NCBI RefSeq assembly: GCF_964204645.1
Contig: NC_134029.1
Span: 13,480,850-13,544,849 of the forward strand
Direction of reading: 5' to 3'
DNA length: 64,000 nucleotides
Source of the DNA: Tubulanus polymorphus
Taxonomy: Eukaryota > Animalia > Nemertea
The notes beneath the pieces were generated by a model that had not been told where the DNA came from, made no database searches, and worked only from the letters and a program-made list of their open reading frames with translations. Position numbers and translations under genes: made by a program. Below, piece by piece: positions 48,397 through 62,919 of the stretch (position 1 is its first letter; every line of letters begins with the position of its first letter).

Positions 48397-49643
48397 ATGA
48401 GTGGGAGTTACATAAATCCTTCTAAGAATCCAAGAATATCTAATGCTATTAAAGCAGAAAGATCTCATCATATAATTACTCATAATCCTTCTAATATCAA
48501 CCCTGAAGAAACTTTATATGTTAGAATTCCGAGGTTAACACAAAATACTTTTAATGTTCCAAATAGTATTTATTTATCAGCTGATATAAATGTAACTGGT
48601 AATAATAATAATTATGTTGTTGATAATGTTGGAAGATATTTGATTAAAAAATTAACTATAAAGATTGGACCAGAAACAGTTTTCTCATTAGATGATTATA
48701 ATTTATTTATGCATTATAAAGATTTATGGTTAACAAAAGAAAATAGAAATAATATGATATTTCAAGGTATCCAATCAGAAAACCATAATAAATTAAGATC
48801 AGGAGCTAATGACACAATAGTAACTCGTACCGCAGATAATTTGATAAAAAAGATTTATGGCAGTAAATATAAAATTCCATTAGACTTTGAATTGATAAAT
48901 AATAATGCGCCTTTATATAAATATGCTATACAAGAAGATATTATATTCGAAATAACATTTGCTCCTGTTAATGAAATTGTATTATCTAGCGTTGTTAAAG
49001 ATATGGGTTATAAATTATCGAATGTATGTTTAGAATATGACACAGTCACTGATGAAAATATTTCAAGCATAATTCAAACTCAATACAATCAAGGATTTTC
49101 ATTATCATATGATTATATTGATAAATTTAAAACTGTAACTATTAATGCACATGATGAAATAATTAATGAGAATATTAACTTCCCAAGAAAATCTATTAAA
49201 GGTATATTAATATTTTTTAACAATTGCAACATATTCTAATGGCGCAATACAGGTTGAAGTATTATAATCCTGAAATAACAAAAGTAGAAATAACTATCGA
49301 AGGTATAGCAAATAAAATATTTTGCCAAGGAATGAGAATGATAGATCAGTGGCCAGAAATTAGAAAAGATTTTATGAATGAAAAAAATAAATCATCTGAA
49401 AATTGTAATATTAATCAAATTGATTATTATACCGGTAATAGATACGCATTATGGTTATATTTTAGAACAACAGAGGATAATTCATTACATGGTTCTGGGA
49501 AGAAATTACAGAACACTAAAGATGGAATACAATTATTCATGAAAAAGAAAAAAGGGAGCTTAAATTTCAAAATGCATATTTATATTATATCTGACGCGCA
49601 ATTAAATATTGTTAATTCTCAATTTAATAGTGTTATGTATTAA
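48397..49643 (+). pseudogene. Major capsid protein with a frameshift near 49215-49255
   Basis: Two ORFs jointly covering the 415-aa MCP. Confidence 0.85.
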
Positions 49644-49675
49644 AATTTTAGTTTTAATAATAATTTATATAATAA

Positions 49676-50485
49676 ATGGAGGCAGGTAAAGTATATAAAC
49701 ATATTCCATACATTGATAAACATGAAAATAATGATGGCTTATATTATGTAATACCTTGTAATATAGCTTTGATATCTGATCCTATTTTCAAAAAAGATAA
49801 AACTAAACTAATAGAAATCAATAATAATAAAAGTGAAGTTGTTGATAATTTAAGTAATGAAATTGATAATAATTTTTTACCTTCTACATCTGATAATGTT
49901 TTACCTACTAAATATAATAATGAAATAATATTAGATTATATTGAAAATAGAAATTATTGTGGTTATTGTAAAGGTGAATTTTAAAACAGCCCATCAAATT
50001 GGATTAATCATATGAATACATTGTACATATTACTAATGTTATAAAACGCGTTGGTTTAAGAGAATTTATAGAACACCCATTTAGATATGTAGCAAAGTTT
50101 ATTTCAAATAAAAAAGTAAATGGTAAAGATTTATATAAAGATTTATTAGGTGAATCTTTATATAAGGAACCTGAACACAGTAAACATGAATTAGATTTAA
50201 CTGATGCTAATAAAATATTAGGATCAAACATTGTAAAAAAAATATTAAGGCCAAACACTAAGAAAGAGGATATAGTTACAGATAATGAAGATTATTTAGA
50301 TACAGATTGGACAAAACATGAAGTAGTAACTATTGATGATGCGGTAGATAGGTTGAAAAAGGATTATAATGAAGAAACTTATGATGATCCGGTAGAAAGG
50401 TTTAATAGATTGTTAGAGTCTGATGATGAATTGGAGGATGATGATGAAAATGATGTCACATCTCACATTCACATAAAATAATAGT
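49676..50485 (+). pseudogene. Cargo gene in the post-MCP slot (one Zn finger, acidic tail), with an internal stop
   Basis: YCGYCKGEF* then H..EYIVH; largely non-homologous to 17413-18603. Confidence 0.55.
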
Positions 50486-50716
50486 TGAAAATGGTATAAA
50501 ATAATAGTTAATAAAAAAGGGGTTTTAAGTATTTAGGTATCTAATATGTATTAATTTATATAACCTCTACTATTTTCAAACTTAGTAGAAAAAATAAAAA
50601 TATATTAGTTGAAAAATTAAAATAAATGATATATATTTCAAAAAGGGGGTTTTAAGCATTTATGTATCTAATACGTATCTAACACGTATCTAATACATAA
50701 TTGCTTTAAATGCCTT

Positions 50717-51324
50717 ATTTTATAAATTTATATTCATGGGAAATTGAAGCCTCAGTAATAATTTTGAACATTTATTACTTTTTAATTTATTCATATATTC
50801 ATCATGTAAGTCAGTAGGTATAATTTGATTTTCTTCCAGAGATTGCTGCATTGATTTTCTATCTTTATTATAGAATAATACTAAAAATCTAATGTTTTCT
50901 CTAAAGTCTTTAACAATTGAATTATATTTTTGATTTAAAACCCATGTTGTTATCCCAAAATGTCTCCCAGAGAAAGCTAGATAGCATAACTCACTTTCTC
51001 TAATTTTTGAATCATGTAAATTAGCACAATCATCTATAATGAATAATGTATTTGATCCTTTATAATTATCAATTGCTGTTTTTATACAATTATCTAAATT
51101 TTCTTTCACTGCTTTAGGATTTAATATAATAAACTTTTTATCTTAACTATATCTCTATTATATGTTTTATTCATTTCATAAGTGGGGCAGAATAATATTA
51201 TATTATCAAAATGATTCTTATAAATAGTTTCTAACAAATCTAATATGAAATGTGTTTTACCACAGTTGGTTACACCAGTAACTAACATATTATGTGGTTC
51301 AAATATAAATAAATCTTTATTCAT
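50717..51324 (-). pseudogene. Packaging ATPase, frameshifted
   Basis: GVTNCGKT and IIDD lie in separate ORFs. Confidence 0.85.
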
Positions 51325-52435
51325 TTATTCTTTTAATTTTACTAGATAAACCCCATTCATTAAATTTATCATCATACCCTTTATATTTCACCAAAGAATA
51401 CTTTTTTCCTTTTAGAGTTTTTGTTTTCAATACTTTTTCTATTTTGTATTCTATATCATCTTGATTTGGTACAAGTGATAATTCTTGTTCATAGAAATAA
51501 CCTAATATTTCTTCATCTTTTAGATCTTCTCATTTATAAACAAAAGGTTTAGTTAATATTATCTTTTTAATCTTGAATATTTCTTCAGTAAAATTTGGAG
51601 TATAACCTTTATAAAATGTTTTTCTATATTTAGATATTCTTACGTGTTGTCTTATTTTAAATTTAGGTTCTCCGAAATCATGTGTAACAAATGCTCCATA
51701 TAAATTATTCCAAACTATTTCTGAATTATCTTCTTTTCTAGCTTGTATAGGTTCCATATTTATAGAACTATGTTTAGAATTATTATAACCTTTCACTAAA
51801 TCATCTAACACATCGATATATTTATACGTTTCATTAGCAGTAAAATATTTCCACATTCTAGTTTTCAATGTTTTATTAAATCTTTCTATAATAGATGCTT
51901 TTTTATCTGAGTGTGTTGAAAAATAATCTACATCGTTATCAGATAATAGTTTTTTGAAATGTTTGTTATAGAATTCCTTACCTTCATCAAATTGTATCTT
52001 ATCTGGAATAGCTTCTTTAAATATAGATTTAAAAGCATTTGTTACTTCTATTCCAGTTTTATTTTTGATTGGAATTGACCATGCGTATCTACTGAATATG
52101 TCTATAACATTCAATATCCAGAAATATCCTTTGTTGTATTCTTCTAAGTTCTTCATGTCAATTAAATCTGCTTGCCATTGTTGATCGACATATGAAACCA
52201 TAACTTTTCTTGTTAAATAAGTTTTATTCATTTTCTTGAGAATTTGATATGTTGGTTGATTTTGTAACCATGATTTTAACTCACTATATTTTATATCACC
52301 GTGTGGGTGCCATACGGCACCATTACCATTTTCATTATCGGATTTAATTTTATTCCATAATTCTGAAACGTTAGAATATGATACTTCACTTTCTGGGTTA
52401 TAATATAAATCTCTTAAATATTGTTCTTTTTTCAT
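51317..52435 (-). pseudogene. rve integrase plus chromodomain; single in-frame TGA at ~51530
   Basis: DDE core intact; the frame continues past the stop into the chromodomain. Confidence 0.9.
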
Positions 52436-52441
52436 CTTATT

Positions 52442-52801
52442 TTAATCCATTAATAATAATTTAGATTTAGTTTCAATGACTTTATGATTTGACTTATTTT
52501 CTGGTATGATAGGTTTATTGTCATTGGAATCATCTTTATCATCAGATTTGAATTTTGATTTATATATTACACCGGATAATATAATAACTGTTACTAATCC
52601 AATTGTAATATATAATTTATAATTACTTCCAGCATTAGAAGAATTAGATGGATTATTATTTGAATCAATATCAGGTGATTCATTTATATCAGTTAATTTC
52701 TTTTTCTTAGCTTTTTTTAATTCTGAAGATCTTTTACCTAATTCTCTTGCCCATTTAATTTGTTTTTCAGATCTAGCCTTTTTCTTAACGCTATCACTCA
52801 T
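52442..52801 (-). CDS. Small basic TM protein (copy D)
   Basis: Homolog of 20954-21349. Confidence 0.75.
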   Translation of the reverse strand: MSDSVKKKARSEKQIKWARELGKRSSELKKAKKKKLTDINESPDIDSNNNPSNSSNAGSNYKLYITIGLVTVIILSGVIYKSKFKSDDKDDSNDNKPIIPENKSNHKVIETKSKLLLMD

Positions 52802-53396
52802 TTATTTTAGTTAATTTTTGTTCTGATTCATTTTCTGTTTCACGGTTTGGTTGTAGTACATCTGTTTCGTTCTTACCTGATTTATATTCCATAGGCTTGA
52901 TGTTCGAAAATGTTATGACGCCGGTAGAAATTAATGTCATAACCGATCCTAATTGGAATGAAGCATAACCAACCCATTTTTGTAATTCAGTCATAGCTAA
53001 ATAGTCATTTTTCAAATCACTATGTAATTTATTTTCATCATTAATTGGTATTAACTGGTTACATAACTTAGAATAACATTTGACAATACCATCTGAAATA
53101 GAATCATTTATTCGGGCTAATCTTGCCTCTTCATAAATCTTAAAATATTTTATTACTTTATCGGGTTTCATAGCATCTAGTTCTTGATAAGTTAAAATTC
53201 TTCCCAAGAAATCCTTAGATTTCCCGCCAGCAATTACTAATTGAAGATGATGCTTACAATATAAATAGTATTCATAATCAATATTGTTATTAACTTGAAT
53301 AGAATTAGAAACAACTGTATCTTTATTATCACTTATGCCCAAATCATCTAATGTTTTTTCAATATCAATACTATTCTTACTCGATTTCTTTGACAT
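52794..53396 (-). CDS. Conserved Polinton hypothetical protein (200 aa, copy D)
   Basis: Homolog of 21342-21947. Confidence 0.75.
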   Translation of the reverse strand: MSKKSSKNSIDIEKTLDDLGISDNKDTVVSNSIQVNNNIDYEYYLYCKHHLQLVIAGGKSKDFLGRILTYQELDAMKPDKVIKYFKIYEEARLARINDSISDGIVKCYSKLCNQLIPINDENKLHSDLKNDYLAMTELQKWVGYASFQLGSVMTLISTGVITFSNIKPMEYKSGKNETDVLQPNRETENESEQKLTKINE

Positions 53397-53939
53397 TTAT
53401 ATTAGAGAAATTTAATAAGAAAAATATTATAAGTATTCTGATACTAGATAGTTAAAGTTAAAGAACTCTAGTATTGACTACTGATACTAGCTATTTGAAT
53501 CTAAAGAATTTCTATTTGAATCTAGTCAAAATATAAAGTATTCTCTTTTGAAAAGAAAGTATTAAAGATATAATAGAATTCACTAGCTAGTTGAAGTTAT
53601 TGTTTTTTAAATACTTTTTATTTAAATTAGGATTTAGATTATCTCACTACTATTGTTTATCTATAGGAGCAGTAATTATAACTGTGCAGATAAGTCATTT
53701 CGGATTCTTGATAATAAATCCTAAAACTGAAAATAAATTCAAAGAAACGACTGGTGGAAATACTATTTCATAAACACACGTATATTTTATTCTACAATCA
53801 TTATCGATTTCCACATTCCAAGCCGCTCCTGAGAGGAGCGGTAAGGTATGCGTGGAATGCAGGAATCAATAAAATACAATACAACATCTGTCACTGTGTG
53901 TCATTAACAACAGCTTAATGACGCAATTTCAAGCAATCT

Positions 53940-54125
53940 AATCGACGTAATGTACGTGCTGCCCGCGCCCGGTCGGGAAACGCCTCACGTATCGATAGCG
54001 ACACCCAGGCTTACAGCCATTTATTCGATCGAGCAGTGGGTGAGGGCATTCGAAATCTATTCTACTGTCCATTTGCGCCGTCATCTTCATGACGCCATAG
54101 CTCTGATCAAGTACGGTCGAAGCGC
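53940..54125 (+). pseudogene. Fragment resembling the gag of DIRS/Ngaro tyrosine-recombinase retroelements
   Basis: GC-richer island; IYSIEQWVRAFEIYSTVHLRRH..AIALIKY fits the W..AF..Y..P..A..L..Y pattern. Confidence 0.45.
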
Positions 54126-57100
54126 TAAAGTGATAAAAGTTTTTCAGTTTGAACTCTTCTTGATTTAAGCTTACTGGTTTTGGAATTATCAACTTCTTTA
54201 CAAATTGTTTCTGGTTCTAAATTTTCATTAATTATCATCAAAGAATCATCATTTCTTCGATTAAATTATCTTTTATTTAGAGTTATCTCTTGTTCTGTAA
54301 ATTCAGTTATAAATAACATCATTATTGATTTTCTTAATTCTAGATTGTTCTGATTTAATTAAAGTTGGTTTTGATATTATTTTATCTTGAACGTGCTTTA
54401 TTAACGTATTCATTAGTATCAGGTCTTGCTAAATTAGAATTATATGCTGCTTCATTATCGTTACTAAACTCGTTTCAGGTTGTTGTTCATCGGTTAAACT
54501 GGGTTCATCAAAAGTACCCATTTAATAATCTTCTCCACCATCTACTTCCATTTATATAATACAAAAATTTAAATTTTAAATATAATATTCCTCGTATTAC
54601 AATTCCTATACAAGTTATAGCTAATTTAGTATTTTCATGTGATTTATTATCACTATTACTTTTAATTATTCAATGTTGAATATTATTAGTTTTTATATCT
54701 TCCGATGTATTGTTATCTTTGATTTTAGAATCATTATTTTATTTAATATTCTTAGTTTTAGTTTCAGTTGAGTGTCTATTCTTTTTTAATTTTTTCACCT
54801 TCCATTAGTTTTGAAGCAGTGATAATTAGTTTATTTATATCATTTTATCCAAACTTTTTATTTATTGCTGCAGTTTTAATTAGGTTATTATCACCAATTA
54901 TATTTCCCATTTTTAATATTAAATCATCAGAAATAATTAATAAATTAGGACCTATACAGTAATTTAATCTTACATGAGATTTATCTAAATAATTTTGATA
55001 TCTTACTATATTGTCTGGGATCGATCTATTTTATCATTATGAATAGAACTTTGAAATAATACTTTGAATGGTTTTTGTGTATCAAATGGTGTATTCAAAT
55101 TTCCAATTATTGGGAATCTTGTTTCAATTTGTGATCCTAATATACAAATCAAATATATTCTTATAGATTGATTTATTCTCTGTATACCTGATTTTGTAAA
55201 TCCTTCACTTTTTTTTAAATTAAATAAATCCAACCATTATTGTTTTCTTGTTTTGAAATTATCATGAAATTTCGGTAATTTATTGAAATTTAATGTTCTT
55301 AAATCCATGTTTTCCATTTTGCCGTAACCTAATTTATTATTATAGATATTGTTATTATTAGATTATATTATTGGTTCTGCCAATACATCATATTCGATTT
55401 TAATAACCATTATTTTTCTTCATTCAACTTTTTAAAATAAATTAAGTATACATGAAATATATTTTCCATCTTTACATTAAAATTATAAGTTTCAGTAACA
55501 TAAATATCTAAATTAATTAATGAATTTAAAACTTCATTTTTGTTTGTAATATATAATATTAAAATCTATTGCTGGAATATTATATTTAATTGATTTATTA
55601 TATTGAACAGCTTTTGGAAAACTATCTACCATTTATATAATAAAAAAATTAATAATTTATTAATTCTTTTAATAATTTATCTTGTTCTTCAATTGTTATA
55701 TTACCATTTAAACTAATAATATAATCGAGTGTATTGTTCAATTTATTAATTTCTTTTATATTAGATTTTATTTTTTCTTGATTACTTTTTATATTTAATT
55801 TTGAACTTATTGCGGTTAAAACATTTGAACTTAAACCTAAAACGCCAATTGATATAGCTAAAGGTGTTAATGGACTGAATATTGCTAAAAATGTTATCAC
55901 CGAACTAAATGTAACTGAACCACTAATAATAAAATAATATATAATTTTACTTGTTAAAAATGTTTTCTTTTTAATTTTTAATTTTTCGAATTCTTATATT
56001 TGTTTTTCTAAATAAATTTTTATTTTGTTTTATTCAAATATTGAGGAATAACATCAACACCATCAATGTTATCTTCCATTTATATTATGAAAAAATTACT
56101 AATTAGTAAATTTGTATGCTATAAATATAACAATAACTGTTCCACCTAAAATCCATATTATTTCATATTTCTTCTGTTCATTACTTGGGGTATAATAATC
56201 CGATATTGTAGGTTTATATAGATGTATTTCTTTTCTTTATTTGTTACTGCGTTATATAAACTCATTGCATCACCGACTGATTTAAAATCTCGATGTAAAA
56301 TATTTTGATTATATAATTCATAATATAATATTTTCATAATTAATATAATCCATACAATTTTGTCTCTTTTCTCTATATTCTTCAGCTGCTTTATTATATT
56401 TTTCTAACGCTAAGTTATGTCTTTTTTGTTCTGATAATGAGCCATTTTTATCAATATCCTTAAATAAATATCCACCACAAGTAAATGCTAAAGCGTTAAC
56501 AATTGCCGATCCTATAATAGTTATAATTGCAGATGCCATTTATATAACAAAAAAAATTAAACTTCAATAGGAGGAATATATTTTTGTTTTTCTCAATAAT
56601 CAATTGTTAAATTAGATAAAGTAACTGCTAATGTTAATTTTAAAATATCATTGATATCAAATCTATCAACATTGATATTATTATTATTATTATTATTATC
56701 CACTTCTGATCCGCCATTTATTAAGAAAAAAAATTACCATCTTCAAAATGTTTTTTTATTTTTGTTATTGTTATTTCGATATCTATGATATTGTTAGTTT
56801 CATTTTCATATATTTTAGTAATTTTTTTTATATCATCAATGATAAAATCTTCATCTAATTCGTAAAATCTTAAAGATTTTCTAATTAACTCAGTTATCCT
56901 TTCTACATTATGAGTTTCTTTATTTATTGTTGTTTCATAATCAAATGTCATTGCATTAAAAAATGCAATATTTTTGATATGAGTTATGACATCATTAATA
57001 CCAAATTTCATTTTTGTCTCACGTTTAAAATCAAATCCAAAACATATACTCGGTCCTTCTGTTATATTCATATTTATATATAAAAAAGATTACACTTTAC

Positions 57101-57403
57101 ATCTTATAACTAATTCATAAATTACAGAAAAATTATTTAAATCAATTAAGTATCCATTATGATTTCTAAGTTCTAATTTAAATTATTAAATCGTGAAATA
57201 CAAGGTATAAAATCACATTCAGCTAAATTATAATTTATTTGTGTATCGAATTTTTTAACATTTTTTAATGGTAAAATATTTAATATACTAGAATTACAAG
57301 TTATATGTTTAGTTTCCTCGAATGTTTTCGTTTGGTCAATTAATTTGCAATAAATATAAAATTGTGTAAAAGGCATTATATTTGATCTACCTTCTACGTT
57401 TCC

Positions 57404-57576
57404 TGTTACAGACTCTTGATCTAGTTTGTTATATTTCTGTAATTAGTACGCCGGAGAGAGGGTGTCGTATCGCCGCCATTTTTGACACGGTTGAAAAATA
57501 AAGTAAAAAACGTAAAATTAATCGTAATTCAACGTCGCGCTTTTTTGTTGATTGTTTCGCCGTGGAATCCGTAACA
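57404..57576 (+). repeat. 5' LTR (173 bp)
   Basis: tgttacag...ccgtaaca. Confidence 0.92.
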
Positions 57577-60201
57577 GCTTTTTCAACCGAATGTCAGTGA
57601 GTAAACATATTCCGTAATTTATCGATCGCGTAACTATGTCGACGTCTAACGATAATCCGAGTGCGAGTGCTGTTACTAGTACTACTACGTACTTGCCGGA
57701 CTCTTTTGCCGATACAAAGACGGCTCGTTCTACCGCCAAACGTAAGGTTTCTTGTCTCGTAAAAGATGGAAGAGCTCTTTTAGATAACGGTGACGGCATT
57801 CTGCACACTGAATTTAAATCGCACGCAGAGAAAATCAGACAAATCTGAAATGCAGACGATGCTATCGAAAAGGCCGAACAAACGATAGGCAATGAAAATG
57901 AAACGTACTACGATGAGGTCAGGGACAAAATCCTACCGACTATGTTTGAGTTAATACGCCAAGGTGAAAAGCAGACCTATTCCTAAACCGCCTCTTGCTC
58001 AAAGATTGACAACGCCCAACCCCCATAGCGAACCAACTTTAATGACTCGAATGCCCAAACTGAGGTTCCCTACATTCTCCGGAGACAAACGAGATTACAG
58101 AAGATTTAAGAAACAGTTTCTTCACTTCTCCCAACATTTAGATGAAACGGAGATTTTCTATCATCTCATAGAGTCCATGGAGAGGTCTAAAGAAAAAAAC
58201 AAAGTTAAAGTCTGTGTAAACTCAACCAAGGCATGGGAGATCTTAGATTAGGCATTTGACGACGAGACGTGTTACATTGAGACGTTGATATCTGACATCG
58301 AGAATTTGGAGTCCTATGAAATTAGAGGGAGAGTGAATTTGCGGAACATGGAGAAATTTGTCGAACGTCTTCAGAACTTCTCGACCCAAATCGGGTCCCT
58401 TGATGTTGAGGGAGGACTCAATAGCAAAGTGATTCTGGCCCAAGTCCGACGTAAGCTACCTGAATAGCACAGAATCGCTTATCTGAAACACATCCGTGAC
58501 TATGAAGCACAAGAGTCGATTTCGGGGTTGGTAGATTGGTTGAACTCTCATCTCATCTTATTGCAGAAAGCTCAAAGCTTGACTGTCAACTCTACAGAAA
58601 GTCACTCAAGGGTCCCTAAATTTCATAAATCATCGAAATACTCGACGATGTCCCCTGGTGGTAGCTGGAGAAATCCAGACAATCATAAAAGAGAAATTCA
58701 CACTGTACACAAAGAAAGTAGAGACCAGTTTCCTTTAAAGTGTCCCTTACACCCGCGAAGCTCCAACCACTTCAATAAAGGCCTGTCATAAATTCCGAAC
58801 TCTCACGCAAGGGGAGAAACTCGACATCTCGAAGGCAAATAATATTTGTCAACGTTGTCGACACAACAACTGTGTAGCAGGGAAACTTCCATACAGTTAT
58901 GAAGACTACCAGTTTATATCACCCTTGTAGTGACTGTGAACTACAAGGACGAACAGCGAACAGCAAACAGCGACGAGACATACGACCCAATCCGAATCCA
59001 ACGAATACATACAGCGAACGAAACCAGCGACGAACTCAAGAGACAACAAGGCAGTGTCTACAGTTACAAGGTTTGGTACCGTCTAACATTTATTGTGTTC
59101 AAAGATTACAGGAAAACGATCGGAGTATTGCATTTCTATGATTGGTCGAGAGACGTCAGTACTTCATGGTTCATGGCATGGTTCATGGCGAGTACACTTC
59201 AATGACTTTGTATTCCAGATAATCTGCTCGTCGTGACAACCCTGTCAAATACCTACGTGTGGAGTTGACACCCACTATGCTTCAATTTGCCCTCGGGTTT
59301 ACGAAACTGATGGTTATCGACATTTCGAAAAAGGTTCACAACAATATACTTGGATCAACAAAAAACTTGACGTTTCAGCTGGTGAATTTAAACCAAAAGA
59401 GAAGAATTCTTATCAGATCTGTGGTGCATCTCCGGCCACATCAGACGAGACTCGCATAATAGCTGCATTACCTACCGTCATGGCGTATGTTTGCTGCGGA
59501 AGAAAGAAAACTCTCGTTCGAGTTCTCCTAGACACGGGAAGCCAAGTGTCACTCATACGAGAAGGAATCCTGCCAAAATCAAACGATGATCAAATGCAAA
59601 ACTTCGATCTCACCACTGTTGGAGGGAATGTTACTACCCGTCGGCTTCGTGTAGCGGAGTGTGTGCTCCAAAGCTTAGATGGTACCTTCTCTCGTCCGAT
59701 TCACCGAAATGAAGAAGCCATGTGGAGACCTTCCAGTCATTACTAACACTCAAATTCAACCTTACCCTCATCTTTCTGATATTGAAGTAATCGAACCTTC
59801 CTTTGAAACCATCGACGTTCTCCTAGGAGTCGAAAACAGTGACTTACTAGTTCCTCACGAGCACATTGTTGGTCCTTAAGAAGATGATCCAGTCGCCTCA
59901 CGGTCTATTCTTGGCTGGTATGTACAGGGCGGTCGCTGCAGAGATGAACTTCACACAACTGTTACCGTAAACGCTGTTCAAGTGTCTGTTAACAGTGACC
60001 TAGAAGACTTCCTGGGTATCGAACGTATGGGTATTGAGCCAAAATAATGTAAATGCAAAGCTAACGAATCTGGCAAGATGGCCAGTGAGTGCATGCGTCA
60101 AAGTATTACTAAGTTAAAAGACGGTACCTACCAAATCAGTCTACCTTGGATGAAATCGCCGGATGGTCTACCGAATAATTACGATTACGCAGCTAAAAGA
60201 T

Positions 60202-61334
60202 CGGTGTTGTCATATCGCGGAAAGACGGAATCGCGGAATTTTCCAAAAACGCGGAATTTCTTCATTTTTACTATAAATAGTAAACGGGTTTTCCCACGGG
60301 GATACCCACTGTCGGACAGGGCACCGGACCCAGGTTTTCAACACCGGGAATTAGTATTTGATAATTTATTATATCGCCAGTCAACAACTTAACGATACTG
60401 TTCCAAATAATGGAGAACCTAGGCAATACGCGCTTTGCGAATTCAGTGATACAGAGTATCGCTTCATTAACTGAAGGAATACAAATCGATGGTGCGTAAA
60501 CGTAGGATTTGTGATGACACCATGAGCCATTCTCAAGGACTCACTTCCGAGTTAAGATTTGACTCTGGTCTCTGGATTTAAAACATTGGAAATGAATTGA
60601 TTCTAAGTAACTCAGAGTTAACTCACAACTGTGGAACTGGATCGATGTCAGACGAAAATAAATAGACATTATGTATATTTCATTCTGGCTTAGGATTGTT
60701 CATGCGTGTTGTGTGTCTACATTGTTGTTATAAGCGAAGAATGTGGTTTATCTTTTAGAATTAAATGATATGAAAGATTATAAAATGGTTTCGTTTTTTT
60801 TAATGTTTACTTTGTGACTGCTATAACATATATGTTCCTATGCTGATTATTTGGATCAAAAGAATCTTATTGGTACCGGTACTGGACGGCCGTAAAATTG
60901 TAATAATTTCAAAGGAATTTGAACCGGTACTTGTTTGGTCGTAGGATTTCATGTTTGCAACCATCTACAACTACGGTCCGACACCGCGAACGTGCTCAAT
61001 ATTTATCTGATAATATTCGTTCCTGAAGTTCTCAAAAAGTCGATGAACTTCGATAATCGAAGTTTGCCTAGTAGAAATAGACATTAGGTGCCTGGTCTCT
61101 TTCACCTCACTTGATTCTGACTTCTTCTACAGGTGGCAGCCAGTCAACGGTATCGTAATATAATAATTCCATATAAAATTGCCTGAAAATAATGGGATTC
61201 GAACCTAAGTCGTTGCATCGATCAGTCCGGTGCCCTGTCCGACAGTGGGTATCCCCGTGGGAAAACCCGTTTACTATTTAAAGTAAAAATGAAGAAATTC
61301 CGCGTTTTTGGAAAATTCCGCGATTCCGTCTTTC
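60202..61334. mobile_element. Non-autonomous TIR DNA element inside BEL pol
   Basis: 110-bp inverted repeats 60220-60329 and 61225-61334 (1 mismatch). The outermost right tip and TSD are missing. Confidence 0.8.
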
Positions 61335-62919
61335 GTCGACGGACCATTATGTCGGAAAGACCCCCTTGTACTTGGCCTGTTACCCCTGACAACATATGAG
61401 CAGACAAAGAGGATTTAGAACGGAAGAAATTTCATGTTAGAAACACAAAGGTCCTTGCGGCAACTTTGTCGACTGACGAGCCGATTGTTGACCCAACTAG
61501 GTTTTCAAGTTGGACGAGACTTATAATGGTTACAGCGCGCATCCTCGCATTGAAAGATTTGCCTAAACGTCTCTGGTTAAAAGAGTTACTGACAAATCTG
61601 AGCGAACGTCCACCACGTGGTGGTCGCTTGCGGAATGCGCCGTTGTCTTATGAGCTCAGACATCCGTACTTGATTCCGAAACATAGTTACATTGGCTTAC
61701 TTATTGTCCGTGAACGTCATCGTTATGCATTACATTGTGGATACCTTCGTACCGCGTTTGAAGTAAGGAAGAAGTATAAGATAGTGGGTGACACCGGTCT
61801 GTGCCGTCGAGTTGTCCGAGAATGTACTGTATGCAGACGATACAAGGGAAAGCCGATACATCAACAGAGGGCTGACCACCGTTCTATACTACCGCGGTTG
61901 ACTATCTAGGACCTGTTAACGTTAAGGTCAACCGAAATACTGTGTCGAAGGGATATTGCGCGGTCTTTGCATGTGCTGTTACTCGCGCAGTGCATGTTAC
62001 GTGCGTTCAAGATTTGACCACTTCAGCCTTCATACAGGCCCTCGAACGATTTGTTAGTATTCGTGGCGCCCCGAGTCTCATGATCAGTGATAACGCGACT
62101 TGTTTCCGTGGGGCTGATAACGTGATCAGAGACTTGCAACTTCGCCTCGATCAGGGCAGACTGCGTTAAGTTTAATACGGAATGGAAGTTTGGACCTCCG
62201 GGAGGACCCCACCATCAAGGAATCGTTGAAAGAATGGTCCAGGAGGTTAAAAAGTCCATGCGTCATATGGTTCGTGCCGATAAACTGTCATTTATTGAGT
62301 GGGAAACGATTTTCACTCAAATTTCTGGATTACTCAATAGCCGTCCGCTTACTGTGCTGTCGTCTACCTCGCTCGAAGATCCGCCGCTTACGCCGAATCA
62401 TTTTCTTATAGGACAAGCAGATTTACCGTGCCCGCAGATACCCTGTAAAGACTATATCGGGAATACTCGCAAGCGTCGCGAGTTGTGTAACTCTCTCGTT
62501 GATGGGTTTTGGAAACATTGGATGACCAATATACATAAACTGTCGCCGCGCCTTAAATAGTCGACAGCTGCTGAAAACCTAACCGTGGGAGACGTTGTTC
62601 TTGCCATCAATGAAAACGCTAAGCGCGGCCAATGGAAGTTGGCTGAGGTGATGGAAGTGTCCCCAGGACAGGACAATCTCGTCAGAATCGTTAGTGTGAA
62701 ATTACCTGATAAACAAGTGTTAAAGCGTCCCGTTACTAAGCTGATCTTACTTATGAAGAAAAACGAACGATTTGATTAATAAGTTCGGAGCCTTTAATGT
62801 GTATGAAAACGTTACATACTTCATAGACTGTTGAGTTGAAAATTCTCGAATTTAATTGATATCGACAAATTGTGTTGTAATTAATTATCACCATCCCTGG
62901 TGAGAGATATCCCCTGGGA

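Larger units (their letters stand above)
47480..53640. mobile_element. Polinton fragment D (collinear with A)
   Basis: Membrane protein, MCP and cargo on +; ATPase, integrase, small TM and 200-aa genes on -. Confidence 0.85.

Noticed and set aside
15660-53640. A single complete Polinton with TIRs, or free virus/phage contamination
   Set aside because: Genes are redundant, decayed and interleaved with animal-type repeats; no AG/AGT-type terminal repeats or 6-bp TSD were found.
60078-61407. Two ORFs sharing KTESRNFPKTRNFF...
   Set aside because: They are translations of the two arms of the inverted repeat.
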